In this document: piece after piece, positions 1 through 9,727 of the stretch
Layout: every line of letters begins with the position of its first letter
Numbering within the stretch: position 1 is the stretch's first letter
The notes under the pieces: generated by a model
What the model was told of the DNA's origin: nothing
The model's database searches: none
What the model saw: only the letters and a program-made list of their open reading frames with translations
Translations under genes and position numbers: made by a program
Source of the DNA: an uncultured Candidatus Saccharibacteria bacterium
Lineage (GTDB): Bacteria > Patescibacteriota > Minisyncoccia > Phycocordibacterales > CAIZLB01
Reading direction: 5' to 3'
Assembly (NCBI GenBank): GCA_964368945.1
Contig: CAYJDM010000007.1
Coordinates: forward strand, 1,365-59,018
DNA: 57,654 nucleotides

Positions 1-26
1 CGGCGAAAGCTGCGAAACCAGCGAAA

Positions 27-737
27 ATGAAGTCGGCGAAAAGCCTCAAAAAACCTAAGAAGCTCAAAGGCCGAGTCATCGTCGTCGACGGAGTTGATGG
101 GGCAGGAAAGACTACGCAGACAGCGCTCCTCATCTCGGCTCTCGAGAAGCAGGGTAGAACGGTAAAGACATTGCGGTTCCCAGTATACAAAGGCAATTTC
201 TTCGGCGGCCTGATCCGCGAATGCCTCGATGGCAAGCATGGAGATTTCATCGCTCTCGATCCGCGCATCGCATCAGCTCTCTATGCTGCCGACAGATTCG
301 AATCATCAAAGCAGATTCGGGAATGGCTCGATAAGGGATATGTCGTCGTGCTCGATCGATATGTAAGCTCCAATCAGATTCATCAGGGCGGCAAATGCAA
401 GACTGCCAAGGAGCGTCGCGAATTCCTGACATGGATCGACACTATGGAGCATGAGATATTTGGCATCCCGCGACCGGACGTCATCATCTATCTCTCGCTT
501 CCTTTTGCGGACAGCATGCGGCTCATCGAGGAGCGAACGGCAAAGGGCGGCACGAAGGATCTCGCAGACAGCGATCCGAAATATCTCGAAGAATCACGCA
601 AGAGCGCTCTGGCCATCATCAAGGAGCGAAATAATTGGAAAATGATTCAATGCGGCAAAGGCGGCAAGGCTGGCGGCTTGAAAACCATCGATGAGATTCA
701 TGGAATGGTTATGGGCGAGGTGAAGGCGGTCTTATAG
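27..737 (+). CDS. tmk: dTMP (thymidylate) kinase
   Basis: P-loop VVDGVDGAGKTTQ and LDRYVSSNQIHQ motif are typical of Tmk. The frame stays open to the left window edge (K/A-rich codons upstream of the ATG), so the true start is uncertain. Confidence 0.85.
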   Translation: MKSAKSLKKPKKLKGRVIVVDGVDGAGKTTQTALLISALEKQGRTVKTLRFPVYKGNFFGGLIRECLDGKHGDFIALDPRIASALYAADRFESSKQIREWLDKGYVVVLDRYVSSNQIHQGGKCKTAKERREFLTWIDTMEHEIFGIPRPDVIIYLSLPFADSMRLIEERTAKGGTKDLADSDPKYLEESRKSALAIIKERNNWKMIQCGKGGKAGGLKTIDEIHGMVMGEVKAVL

Positions 738-780
738 ATTTTATTTATATTTTTAAAAAAACATACATACAAACAAATCT

Positions 781-1194
781 ATGAAAATTTACTTCGCAGG
801 TTCGATCAGAGGCGGGAGAGACGATCAGGAATTATATTTCGCCGTAATCGCGGAATTGCAGAAATATGGAACGGTGCTTACTGAACACATCGGCGATAAG
901 TCTCTGACCGGATTCGGAGAAGTGAAGCGAACTGACAAGGAAATATTCGACCGCGACATGGAATGGGTACGAGAGGCGGACCTTATTGTCGCAGAAGTCT
1001 CCACTCCAAGCCTCGGAGTCGGATATGAATTGGGCCAGGCCGAGGCGATGGGCAAGCCGGTATTGTGCCTCTATCGAGAAACTGAAGGGAAGCGACTATC
1101 GGCCATGGTCGCAGGCAATGGGTATTTTCCCATACATATATACAAGGATCTTGAGGATGTTTCAGCTATTTTAAAAAAGCATTTCTCAGCATAA
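781..1194 (+). CDS. 2'-deoxynucleoside 5'-phosphate N-hydrolase (DNPH1/Rcl-like, nucleoside 2-deoxyribosyltransferase superfamily)
   Basis: IYFAGSIRGGRDD...YGTVLTEH...AEVSTPSLGVGYELG...RLSAM aligns nearly motif-for-motif with animal DNPH1 as I remember it. Confidence 0.8.
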   Translation: MKIYFAGSIRGGRDDQELYFAVIAELQKYGTVLTEHIGDKSLTGFGEVKRTDKEIFDRDMEWVREADLIVAEVSTPSLGVGYELGQAEAMGKPVLCLYRETEGKRLSAMVAGNGYFPIHIYKDLEDVSAILKKHFSA

Positions 1195-1207
1195 GCATAT
1201 AGGCAGC

Positions 1208-1732
1208 TTAAGCGATCTCATAGTCCGCAAAAATGGTGCCGCTCTCTAGCTGCTCCATTTTTGTTAATTTCAATTTCATGTCGGCGTCCGGTGATTCGTT
1301 AAATAACCGAATGCCCGATCCGAATATGATCGGCTCGATCGACAGATAGATATGAGTGATTAAGCCTGCTTTCAAAAATTGCGTGTAAACATTTTCGCCG
1401 CCGCAGATTGTGATTTTCGTATAGCCTCGTTCGATGAGAGATTTGATCAAATCTTCAGGGGGCAGAGTGGTCGTCTCTACATTGCCATCGGGCCATTTGT
1501 CTTCGAATCGCTCGGATCGGGAATAGATGACATGGTGTCGGCCGGGAAGCGGTTTGGGGAAAGTCCTGAATGTAGTCGCTCCTATGACCATTACGCCCGC
1601 ATCTTTGGTAAGTGCGACGAATCGGGCTTTGTCTTCCTTGCTGGTCCAGGATGTAAGCTCATTCCTATGTCGCGCGATATACCCGTCCGCAGAAATTGCT
1701 GCGACTATCCAAACTTCAGCTTTGATTTTCAT
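1208..1732 (-). CDS. Dihydrofolate reductase family protein (RibD C-terminal domain-like)
   Basis: 174 aa. IVAAISADGYIA...W.S.ED...GATTF...ICGGENVY pattern of the RibD_C/DHFR fold. Starts 4 nt after the stop of the upstream ThyX-like gene, so likely the same operon. Confidence 0.6.
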   Translation of the reverse strand: MKIKAEVWIVAAISADGYIARHRNELTSWTSKEDKARFVALTKDAGVMVIGATTFRTFPKPLPGRHHVIYSRSERFEDKWPDGNVETTTLPPEDLIKSLIERGYTKITICGGENVYTQFLKAGLITHIYLSIEPIIFGSGIRLFNESPDADMKLKLTKMEQLESGTIFADYEIA

Positions 1733-1736
1733 GGGA

Positions 1737-3068
1737 TTATTCTGCTTTCTTTACGATGTCCTGCGCGCCTCTCTTAACTGTCCATTCATCTGGTGACATA
1801 TCGTGGTGGAGGGCCATATTCGGGATAGTCTCGCGTAGGTATTCTCCCATCTGCTGCGCTATGACTCTCAATGTGGGATGAACTGTTTGGCTGGCTCGCA
1901 GCTCAGATATATATACGATTGAAGGAAGGCCGCCTGTGAATTCGCATGCGACATTGAATCCAATTGCCGTATAGTATTGCTTCGTATATTCATCGCAAGG
2001 CAAATCGGCAATCTCTTTTGTAAGCGCAGCGATTTCCGCTTCAGCCGTAGCTTTCAAATCATCGGGCAATTGAGATAGATACCATGGATGAAAACCATGC
2101 TTCGTAGAAAGTAGGGGCATTTCGCATACGCCGCTTCTATGTCGCTGCAAGTCTCGGAATGATCCGAAGTCGAGAGGGAACTGGAATCGCATCTGGCCGT
2201 ACTTCTCGAATTTTGAAGGGAGCTCCGTCTTCATCGGACGAGTCGATAGCGTATCAGCATGATTCGAAAGGGCTTCGAGGTCGAGCGTCGATTTCACATC
2301 GAATGCTGGAATCGTATCAAGATCGAAATAAGAATACTTCGCTATGCATTTTGCGAGATATTCCTCAGTCGCAGGATATTCCTTATGGCTGAAGCTGCTC
2401 GGATATTTTGCCTTCAAAGAATCAAGCGTGCGCTTTGCCGTCACTTTCATTTCCTTTAGCGGGTGATGGAGCATTTCATGAAGGTGGTCATATGCCTGAC
2501 GCAGGTTTGTATGCCAGCTCGCATATGTGGTAACGCCGGCAGGGAGGAGGCCTCGGGCGATATCGAATGATTTCGCCTTGATAGCTTTTTCATATATGCC
2601 AGGAGCTTGTTCTGGCTGAATTGGAAATCTTTCCTTGAGAAAAGGTATCAATCCGTCAATCGTATTTCGATAAAGCTTCATCCAGCGCTCTAGGATCTCC
2701 TTGCCTTTTGCCTGACCCTCTTCTCCTTCGCATGGATTGATGAGGTCTTGGCCATTCATGTCCAGGTATCGAGTGCTTGCTTCCTGTCCATTATATAGTC
2801 GCCAGTCCTGCACTACTTTTGGCAAAAGAAGGCTGCCGTTTTCAAAGAAGATAGTGGTTGTACCGCAGTCTCCGATGCTTTTGTGGCCGTATCCCACATA
2901 GAATGTCGCCATAAACTTTTCATATCCTTTTTCCTTGATGACATCGAGGTGGGTGGTGACGCTGCGCGGGTCTCGTGAATAGAGGGCCTGTACCATGGCT
3001 ATTGCCTCAGGATGCTGGTCGTCGATAATGATAATGTCTGTCTTCGGCTCCTTGATGATGTCGGACAT
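1737..3068 (-). CDS. Long ThyX-like (Thy1 family) flavin-dependent thymidylate synthase homologue, divergent
   Basis: GHKSIGDCGTTTIFFE resembles the ThyX GHxSvlEH block, QEASTRY resembles the SxRY block, and an RHRS motif plus a C-terminal LRAS..HP..R..A block are present. At 443 aa it is about twice a canonical ThyX. Confidence 0.5.
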   Translation of the reverse strand: MSDIIKEPKTDIIIIDDQHPEAIAMVQALYSRDPRSVTTHLDVIKEKGYEKFMATFYVGYGHKSIGDCGTTTIFFENGSLLLPKVVQDWRLYNGQEASTRYLDMNGQDLINPCEGEEGQAKGKEILERWMKLYRNTIDGLIPFLKERFPIQPEQAPGIYEKAIKAKSFDIARGLLPAGVTTYASWHTNLRQAYDHLHEMLHHPLKEMKVTAKRTLDSLKAKYPSSFSHKEYPATEEYLAKCIAKYSYFDLDTIPAFDVKSTLDLEALSNHADTLSTRPMKTELPSKFEKYGQMRFQFPLDFGSFRDLQRHRSGVCEMPLLSTKHGFHPWYLSQLPDDLKATAEAEIAALTKEIADLPCDEYTKQYYTAIGFNVACEFTGGLPSIVYISELRASQTVHPTLRVIAQQMGEYLRETIPNMALHHDMSPDEWTVKRGAQDIVKKAE

Positions 3069-3277
3069 TTGCTTGTGGTGTAAAAGCTTGTAAGTGACCC
3101 AAGTATACTATATGTGTTAGAATCTCCGTAATAACCCAAACGCTCATATGATCTAGATTTTAAAACATACGGCACAGTCATAGAGGGAATATGTCAAGGG
3201 CTGCGCTTTGTTTTCTTTATCACTATTTCATCACTCGTTGATCGAAAGATTTTTACAAAAATAATCCATAAACTCCC

Positions 3278-4594
3278 ATGAAAGACATCGAAGTCAAAAA
3301 AATCATCGCAGCAGAAACGGCGCGACAGAAGAAAGTCATCAACCTCATCCCGTCTGAAAACTATGTATCGAATGATGTGAGGGAAGCGGTAGGTTCGGTT
3401 TTTGACAATAAATATTCAGAAGGCTATCCATTTGCGCGATACTATGGAGGCAATCAGCAGACGGATATAATCGAATCGCTTTGCCAGAAGCGCGCGCTCA
3501 AATTATTCGGCCTCAAGGATACTGAATGGCATGCGAATGTTCAGGCTTTGTCTGGCTCTCCTGCGAACCTCGCCGTATATATGGCGCTCGTTCAGCATGC
3601 GACTCGCAAATCTGCGGAAGGCGGCGTCGAGTCTGGCGATTTCAATGCTCCGGGCAAAATCATGGGCATGCTTCTCTCTGCAGGCGGACATCTGACTCAT
3701 GGACAAAAAGTTTCCGCTACCGGCAAGTTTTTCCAAGCGGTTAATTTCGGCGTAGATGTGAATACGGAAGTCATCGACTATATGGCTCTTCGCAAGCAGG
3801 CGATGAAGGAAAAGCCGGACATCATCGTCGCTGGCTTCACCGCATATCCTCGCATAGTTGATTGGGCGGAATTCCGATCGATTGCTGATGCATGCGGCGC
3901 GCTCCTCATGGTAGATATGTCGCATATCGCTGGACTCGTCGCGGGCAAGGCGTACCCTTCGCCATTTCCTTTCGCTGATGTCGTCACTACGACTACTCAC
4001 AAGACATTGCGTGGTCCGCGAGGCGCCTTGATTTTTGCCAAGAAGAATTTCCTGGATAAAAACGCCCGATTCGGCGAAAAAAATAGCGTAGTCGATCTCG
4101 GCAAGCGAGTAGACAAGGCCGTATTCCCAGGATTGCAGGGCGGTCCTCATATGTCGCATATTACCGGAATCGCCATCGCTCTCGGCGAAGCTGCAAAGCC
4201 CGAATTCAAGACATATGCCAAGCAGGTCATCAAGAATGCCCAGGCTTTCGGCAAGGAATTTACAAAGCTCGGCTGGCGCGTCATCTCTGGCGGAACTGAT
4301 TCGCATCTCCTCCTCATCGATACATGGATGAATGGTCAGATCACGCCGAAGGGCACTGGCGCAGTTCCAGGCAAGCTCGCTGAAGCAGCCCTCGAAGAAG
4401 CCGGAATCATCTGCAATAAGAATACGATTCCTGGCGAGGCGCGATCTCCATTCGATCCATCAGGCATCCGAGTCGGTACGCCAGCGGAAACAACGCGAGG
4501 CAAAAAGGAAGCGGACTTCCGAAAGATCGCGCAGAAGATCGATCAGGTTTTGCGAAAGGCGCGACAGAAGAATCAGCCAGAAGCGGCGAAATAG
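3278..4594 (+). CDS. glyA: Serine hydroxymethyltransferase
   Basis: LIPSENYVS, GYPFARYYGG and the PLP-lysine block TTTTHKTLRGPRG. Confidence 0.95.
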   Translation: MKDIEVKKIIAAETARQKKVINLIPSENYVSNDVREAVGSVFDNKYSEGYPFARYYGGNQQTDIIESLCQKRALKLFGLKDTEWHANVQALSGSPANLAVYMALVQHATRKSAEGGVESGDFNAPGKIMGMLLSAGGHLTHGQKVSATGKFFQAVNFGVDVNTEVIDYMALRKQAMKEKPDIIVAGFTAYPRIVDWAEFRSIADACGALLMVDMSHIAGLVAGKAYPSPFPFADVVTTTTHKTLRGPRGALIFAKKNFLDKNARFGEKNSVVDLGKRVDKAVFPGLQGGPHMSHITGIAIALGEAAKPEFKTYAKQVIKNAQAFGKEFTKLGWRVISGGTDSHLLLIDTWMNGQITPKGTGAVPGKLAEAALEEAGIICNKNTIPGEARSPFDPSGIRVGTPAETTRGKKEADFRKIAQKIDQVLRKARQKNQPEAAK

Positions 4595-4848
4595 ATTGTG
4601 CCTAAATAGAAAAAATGAGATTTTGAATTGACTCACTTACATCTTCGTTACCTATAGATGAAAAACCGCCGCCAATGTTGGCCGTGGTTTTTCTTTTCAC
4701 CAGATGCCTGTCAAATCTTGGAATAAATTGAGAAAAACTTCATCTTGCTTCTGTATACTGCCTTCGAATACGTAATGAGACGCTGTCGGATCCGCTTAGG
4801 ATTTGCGACGATGTGGATTTTTTATCATATATAAATAAGACAATTTCA

Positions 4849-5181
4849 ATGACTAAAAAAGCAAAGCAGAATGAGGCTGAAAATGAAGGGCCGCTTACAA
4901 AAGGGGATGTTCGCGAAATTGTTACGGAAATAGTCACGGACATAACCACTAAGCTGATAGTCGCTTCTGAAGATCGGATGATGAAGCGGATGGATGAGAA
5001 ATTCGAGATCGCCCATCAGGGGATGATGAGCGGATTCGAATTGGTGAATGAGAAGATCGACGCTGTATCTGATCGGCTCGACAAGCATGTGGGTCAGAAT
5101 GCCGTATTGCTGAACAAGATGGATGCCCGCATCGATGTGCTTGAGACAAAAATGGCGCGGTTCCGCCATCGCACTGCCTAG
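4849..5181 (+). CDS. Hypothetical coiled-coil protein
   Basis: ORF with an ATG at 4849 (the track ORF begins at a GTG at 4813). Heptad-like charged sequence. No recognisable family. Confidence 0.4.
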   Translation: MTKKAKQNEAENEGPLTKGDVREIVTEIVTDITTKLIVASEDRMMKRMDEKFEIAHQGMMSGFELVNEKIDAVSDRLDKHVGQNAVLLNKMDARIDVLETKMARFRHRTA

Positions 5182-5209
5182 CACTTTATGCTAGAGTATC
5201 CCTACATAT

Positions 5210-7081
5210 ATGGATCACAGCGGCATCGAAGTAAAAAAGGCAATTAAGGCAGCGGTAGAAGCCGCGGCGTATTCGCTCTATAGCGATCAATTCCTCGCGA
5301 AGCAATATGTGCCAGCAATCAATATTGATCGGCCTGCAGATTCTGCCAAAGGAGACTATTCGACGAATATCGCTCTCGCCGCGGCGAAGGTCGTGGGCAT
5401 CAAGCCTCTCGAGCTTGCCATCGCCATGGTTGCCATCCTCAATGCACCGGAGCAGATTGCCCTCGCTGGAACCATTCTGAAGATCGAGGTTGCAGGTCCC
5501 GGCTTCATCAATTTCTATCTCAAGCCCGAAGTGATTGCGGCTCAGATCAACATCGCCGCACAGGAAAAAAGCGCGACTGATGCGAAGGCTTATGGCCGCA
5601 TCGCAGTTAATGCTGGAAAAAAGATCGCATATGAATATACCGATCCGAATCCTTTCAAGGTTTTTCATATCGGACACCTCGTAGCGAATATGGTAGGGGA
5701 GACATTCTCGAGGCTTGGCGAATACTCCGGAGCGGAGATCAAGCGATTCTGCTATCAGGGAGATCTAGGACGACATGTTGCATTCTTTATTTATGGATTG
5801 CGATTGATGGACAAGCCTTTTCCGACCGAGGACGAAGGCCTCAAGATGTCGCTCGTCGATCGCATGTACTATATGGGCACGTCATATGCCAAGGGCGCTA
5901 CATATTTCAAGCAGAATGCAGAATCGAATCCGGAGCTCGAGACTGAAGTCCAGAATATAAATAAAAAACTCTATGAGCGAAGCGATGAAGAGATCAATGT
6001 CATCTATGATCTCGGCCTCGAATGGAGCCTCGAATATTTCGAGACATTATATGAATTGCTCGGAACGAAGTTCGATCAGTATTTCTTTGAGAGCAAATGC
6101 GTAGAGCCTGCTCGGGCGCTCATTGCCGAAGGCCAGGCTAAGGGAGTTTTTACAGAAAGCGACGGCGCAATTGTATTCGAAGGAGAAAAATTCCAGGATG
6201 AGAAAAGCGGCCCGCTCCATACGCGCGTCTTCATTACCAAATTCGGCCTTCCTACATACGATGCCAAGGAACTCGGTCTCGCCAAGCTCAAATACGATGC
6301 CTTCAATTATGATCGCGGCATCATCATCACTGCAAATGAGCAGGATCAGTATTTCAAGGTGAATCTCAAGGCTCAGGAATTGATGCTGCCACAGATCGTG
6401 GGCAAAAATTTCCATGCTTCTCATGGGATGATGAAGCTTCCTACTGGAAAGATGTCTTCTCGAACAGGCGATGTGGTCTCTGCAGAAGAGATGATTCAGT
6501 CGGCCAAGGATTATGTAATGGGCGTAATGAGGGATCGCGAGATGTCAGATGATGAGAAAAATAAAGCCGCAGGACAGATCGCGGTCGCAGGCATCAAATA
6601 TCTCGTGCTTCGCCAGGCGCCAGGAAAGGACATTGTCTACGATGCCAAAACCGCTCTAGCATTCGATGGCGACTCCGGTCCATATCTCCAGTATGCATGC
6701 GTCCGATCTCGCGCAGTAGTTGCCAAGGCGAAAGAGCAGGGAATTATGCCTGGCGATTTCACCGCAGCCACTATGACGGTTCAGTCTGCTGATCATGATG
6801 TGACGATGACGACGGCTGCGGATCTCGCGCGCAAGGTTTTCACATTTCCAGAAATAATCGAGCGAGCATATGCGGAAAACGGCCCGCATTTCGTGGCGAC
6901 ATATCTCATCGAGCTTGCCGGCATGTTCAATGCCTTTTATGCGAATCAGAAGATCGTGGATCTCACGGATGATGCGAGCAAGGCTTTGTCCGGAGCTTTC
7001 GTCACGCTCGCGGATGCAGTATCTCATACGCTCGCGAACGGGCTTTATGTTCTAGGAATCGAGGTACCGGAGAGGATGTAG
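5210..7081 (+). CDS. argS: Arginine--tRNA ligase
   Basis: N-terminal Arg_tRNA_synt_N-like region, HIGH-type motif FHIGHLV, MSSRTG in place of KMSKS, and a C-terminal anticodon-binding domain ending ...ERM. Confidence 0.9.
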   Translation: MDHSGIEVKKAIKAAVEAAAYSLYSDQFLAKQYVPAINIDRPADSAKGDYSTNIALAAAKVVGIKPLELAIAMVAILNAPEQIALAGTILKIEVAGPGFINFYLKPEVIAAQINIAAQEKSATDAKAYGRIAVNAGKKIAYEYTDPNPFKVFHIGHLVANMVGETFSRLGEYSGAEIKRFCYQGDLGRHVAFFIYGLRLMDKPFPTEDEGLKMSLVDRMYYMGTSYAKGATYFKQNAESNPELETEVQNINKKLYERSDEEINVIYDLGLEWSLEYFETLYELLGTKFDQYFFESKCVEPARALIAEGQAKGVFTESDGAIVFEGEKFQDEKSGPLHTRVFITKFGLPTYDAKELGLAKLKYDAFNYDRGIIITANEQDQYFKVNLKAQELMLPQIVGKNFHASHGMMKLPTGKMSSRTGDVVSAEEMIQSAKDYVMGVMRDREMSDDEKNKAAGQIAVAGIKYLVLRQAPGKDIVYDAKTALAFDGDSGPYLQYACVRSRAVVAKAKEQGIMPGDFTAATMTVQSADHDVTMTTAADLARKVFTFPEIIERAYAENGPHFVATYLIELAGMFNAFYANQKIVDLTDDASKALSGAFVTLADAVSHTLANGLYVLGIEVPERM

Positions 7082-7102
7082 GTCTGGCTTGTAGAAAATG
7101 AA

Positions 7103-7143
7103 AATGCCGCGTCCTTGAACAAGACGCGGCATTGATCGTTTTT
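7103..7143. terminator. Hairpin terminator between convergent argS and the 114-aa gene
   Basis: aatgccgcgtc / gacgcggcatt 11-bp stem followed by a T-run. Confidence 0.6.
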
Positions 7144-7157
7144 GACGGCAAGAGCGG

Positions 7158-7502
7158 TTACGCAAATGCGCAGCCTTCATTGGATTCCGGATGATCTGCG
7201 AACACTGACGGTTCTCCGCTTCGGTCTTCAGGCAGCTCGCGAAGATCCTCGCCATAGCATCTCTTCCATTTGATGTGTTCGTTGTTGCCGAACTGCCAAC
7301 CTGATCTAGGTTCGCTTGTGGCCCTTTGGAATTCCTCGACGCCCGCGCAGGTTGCTTTGTCGTAGGTTCCGTTTACTTCGATTCCGCTTGGATTGAAGAG
7401 GCGTTCTTTGAGCTTTTGTTGCAGGACTCTGACTGCGGGACCGGTAGATCCTTCGTAAAGAGCATAAGGAAAAAGTTTCCCTGGGATAGCTGAGTGGAGC
7501 AT
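7158..7502 (-). CDS. Small protein with a peptidoglycan-binding-like (PG_binding_1) segment
   Basis: GSTGPAVRVLQQKLK...GIEVNGTYDKATCAGVEEFQ resembles PG_binding_1. No signal peptide seen. Confidence 0.4.
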   Translation of the reverse strand: MLHSAIPGKLFPYALYEGSTGPAVRVLQQKLKERLFNPSGIEVNGTYDKATCAGVEEFQRATSEPRSGWQFGNNEHIKWKRCYGEDLRELPEDRSGEPSVFADHPESNEGCAFA

Positions 7503-7702
7503 AAACTGTATGACTGGATTAGTGGTTAGTACTGTATCGTTTCAAGGCGACGTTAAGAATACGGCTTTTATGCCCTGAGTCAATATTACGAGAGTGCATA
7601 CGTCGTCTGGTCAGGCTCAGGCCAATCTCTAGCCAATTTCCCATTTTTGCTATATAGTATCGCCATATTTGTCAGCTGATCTTGTAAATCAACAGACCCA
7701 AT

Positions 7703-8869
7703 ATGAATAAAAACCAAATACCAAACCAAGCCGGCGAGCAGCCGAAGGATTTTGCAGTCGTTATTGACGCGAATCCAGAGCCCGCCAACCGAGAAGAAAA
7801 AAGCGCATCAGCGCCGTCGAAGGAGCATACGATAATCCTTTTTTATAAATATACGCCGATCGCGAATCCGGCTGCTTTTGTCGCATGGCATAAGGAGGTC
7901 GGGCCAAAGCTCGGTCTGACCGGCCGCGTGCATATTGCGCATGAGGGAATCAATGCGACGCTCGAAGGCCTCAATGCCGACATCGAGACATATATGAATC
8001 TGATTCGCGGCAATGATTGTGGCGAATTCAAAGGCCAGTCTTTCGCTGATCTCAAGGATGTCGCCATCAAGACGAGCATCGGCATCGGAGATGCTTTTCC
8101 AAAATTCAAAGCCAAAGTAAAAGAAGAAATCGTCGCGCTCAAGCTCACTCGCGCTGATGGCGTCGAAGAAGATGTCGATCCGAATGAGATCACCGGCGTG
8201 CATCTCAAGCCTGAGGAATTGAAGTCATGGTATGACAATGGCGATGACTTTGTCATTCTCGATATGCGAAATGATTATGAATTCAAGGTCGGCCATTTCA
8301 AGAATTCGATCAATGTCGGGCTCAAGAATTTCCGCGACCTTCCGGAGGTTTTGCCCAAGCTCATCGAGAAGCATCCCGAGATCGCTGAGAAAAAAATCCT
8401 AACAGTCTGCACGGGCGGAGTGCGATGCGAAAAGGCGTCCGGTTTTCTCAAGAAGAAAGGCTTCGACGAGGTATATCAGCTCGATGGAGGCATGCATGTC
8501 TATATGGAAAAATTCCCCGGCAATGCATCGGAAGGCAAGCCTTGCGAATTCCGCGGAGCGCTCTATACATTCGATAATCGCATGACTATGGATTTCGTGG
8601 ACAATGATGCCGCTCCTGCGACAGGTGGCATTAATGCGCCGGCGGCTCGAGAAATCATAGGCCGATGCCAGGTCTGCGAAAATCCTACTGAGCGATATGG
8701 CCATTGCGCCAACGATATCTGTCATAAGCATCTCCTTATCTGCAAGGACTGCGCCCAGAACCATATATATGTATGGTGCTCGGCGGACTGCAAGGAGACG
8801 GGACGAGTAGGGGTTATCCATGCTGCAGATTTGGGCACGGAGGGCGTGATGATTTCGAGGGAGGAGTAG
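7703..8869 (+). CDS. trhO: Rhodanese-domain tRNA U34 hydroxylase (UPF0176/YceA family)
   Basis: ILFYKYTPI...GRVHIAHEGINATLEG N-domain, rhodanese loop CTGGVRCEKAS, and a Cys-rich C-terminal tail. Confidence 0.8.
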   Translation: MNKNQIPNQAGEQPKDFAVVIDANPEPANREEKSASAPSKEHTIILFYKYTPIANPAAFVAWHKEVGPKLGLTGRVHIAHEGINATLEGLNADIETYMNLIRGNDCGEFKGQSFADLKDVAIKTSIGIGDAFPKFKAKVKEEIVALKLTRADGVEEDVDPNEITGVHLKPEELKSWYDNGDDFVILDMRNDYEFKVGHFKNSINVGLKNFRDLPEVLPKLIEKHPEIAEKKILTVCTGGVRCEKASGFLKKKGFDEVYQLDGGMHVYMEKFPGNASEGKPCEFRGALYTFDNRMTMDFVDNDAAPATGGINAPAAREIIGRCQVCENPTERYGHCANDICHKHLLICKDCAQNHIYVWCSADCKETGRVGVIHAADLGTEGVMISREE

Positions 8870-8903
8870 GGGGGGGCTGGTCGAAATGAATTTTTGATAA
8901 AAA

Positions 8904-8931
8904 AACCGGGCCATTTTCGGCCTGGTTTTTT
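8904..8931. terminator. Bidirectional hairpin terminator after trhO
   Basis: aaccgggcc/ggcctggtt stem flanked by an A-run and a T-run. Confidence 0.6.
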
Positions 8932-9385
8932 GCCGTTCCTAACGCGCTTGACGGCCTGACTTTGCAGGCGTAGCATTTATATCCGGACCGCACATGCTCA
9001 GCCTGCCGTGAGGTCTATGTAAGTCAGTCAAACAAACCAACTCTGAATACCACATAGAAATAGTATGAGATCCTCAACTCTCGCTTCCGACGCTTCTAAC
9101 CGCGAGTATCCTCACATTCCGAGGGCGCTTTGGCCCTTCGTGTCCGACTCCAAGTCGTGGCCTCATTACCAGCAATTGGCATTGGCGTCTCGGCCTGAGA
9201 TCCCGGTCCCGGCCACCAAAGCCGCCACTCCGCGCCGCAAGCAGCGTCCCAGCAATCAGGTCCATCGCGATCATCGCCGCGCTCACAGCCGGCATTAGTC
9301 CTCGCTGCCAACACAGCCTTTAAAACCAACACAAATTCAGCCCGGCGCACCCTGTGAGGGAGCGCCGGGCTTCGATGTTATCGCT

Positions 9386-9727
9386 TTATGCCATATGCAG
9401 GGCTTCGGCGAAGACGGATTTGAATTCCGGATAGATCTGCCGTTTCGCTGCAGCGCGAACCCATTGGTTGGGGTCGTTTTCCAATTGTCTGAGTATGCGT
9501 GGCGGGGTATTGGGGTTTGCTGCCACGCATGAACGAACGACCTCATCGTCATCGCTGGCCATTCGTGCGAGCAAATGACGGCTGGCTTCTTTGCGTGATG
9601 CCACGAGGCTGCGCACCATGGCGCTTGGATGCTGCGCATTTGCGCGCAGCAGGAATTGGGTGCAATGACCGGAAAGGAGCTGGCGAATCAATGCATGATC
9701 GCCGCGCATAGGAGTAGGCGTTTGCAT
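9386..9727 (-). CDS. HEAT/LRV (leucine-rich repeat variant)-like repeat protein
   Basis: Repeated ...D..VR..VAANPNTPP.IL..L..D.N.WVRAAA pattern. Visibly GC-richer than its neighbours. Hairpin 9333-9366 lies downstream on the minus strand. Confidence 0.5.
   Translation of the reverse strand: MQTPTPMRGDHALIRQLLSGHCTQFLLRANAQHPSAMVRSLVASRKEASRHLLARMASDDDEVVRSCVAANPNTPPRILRQLENDPNQWVRAAAKRQIYPEFKSVFAEALHMA

Noticed and set aside
3503-4306. Long antisense and shadow ORFs inside strong genes. Examples are 3503-4306(-) in glyA, 5186-5677(-) at the argS 5' end, 9895-11040(-) in ileS, 13721-14332(-) in recO, 18675-19304(-) in glyQS, 19806-20384(-), 53174-53869(-), and many +/- ORFs of 60-170 aa.
   Set aside because: They overlap CDSs that have unmistakable family motifs. 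They have R/S/C-rich junk-like composition and no motifs of their own. This is typical of frame shadows.
9180-9275. TPP-riboswitch-like fragments: CUGAGA on the plus strand and GACCUGAU on the minus strand.
   Set aside because: The two motifs are on opposite strands. The same-strand alternative reads CUGUGAG. No downstream gene is positioned to be regulated.
9065-9350. ORFs 9065-9298(+), 9074-9295(-) and 9096-9350(-) in the GC-rich patch.
   Set aside because: Three mutually overlapping frames with R/P/S-rich composition. This is characteristic of random ORFs in GC-rich DNA, and none has a motif or a sensible start context.
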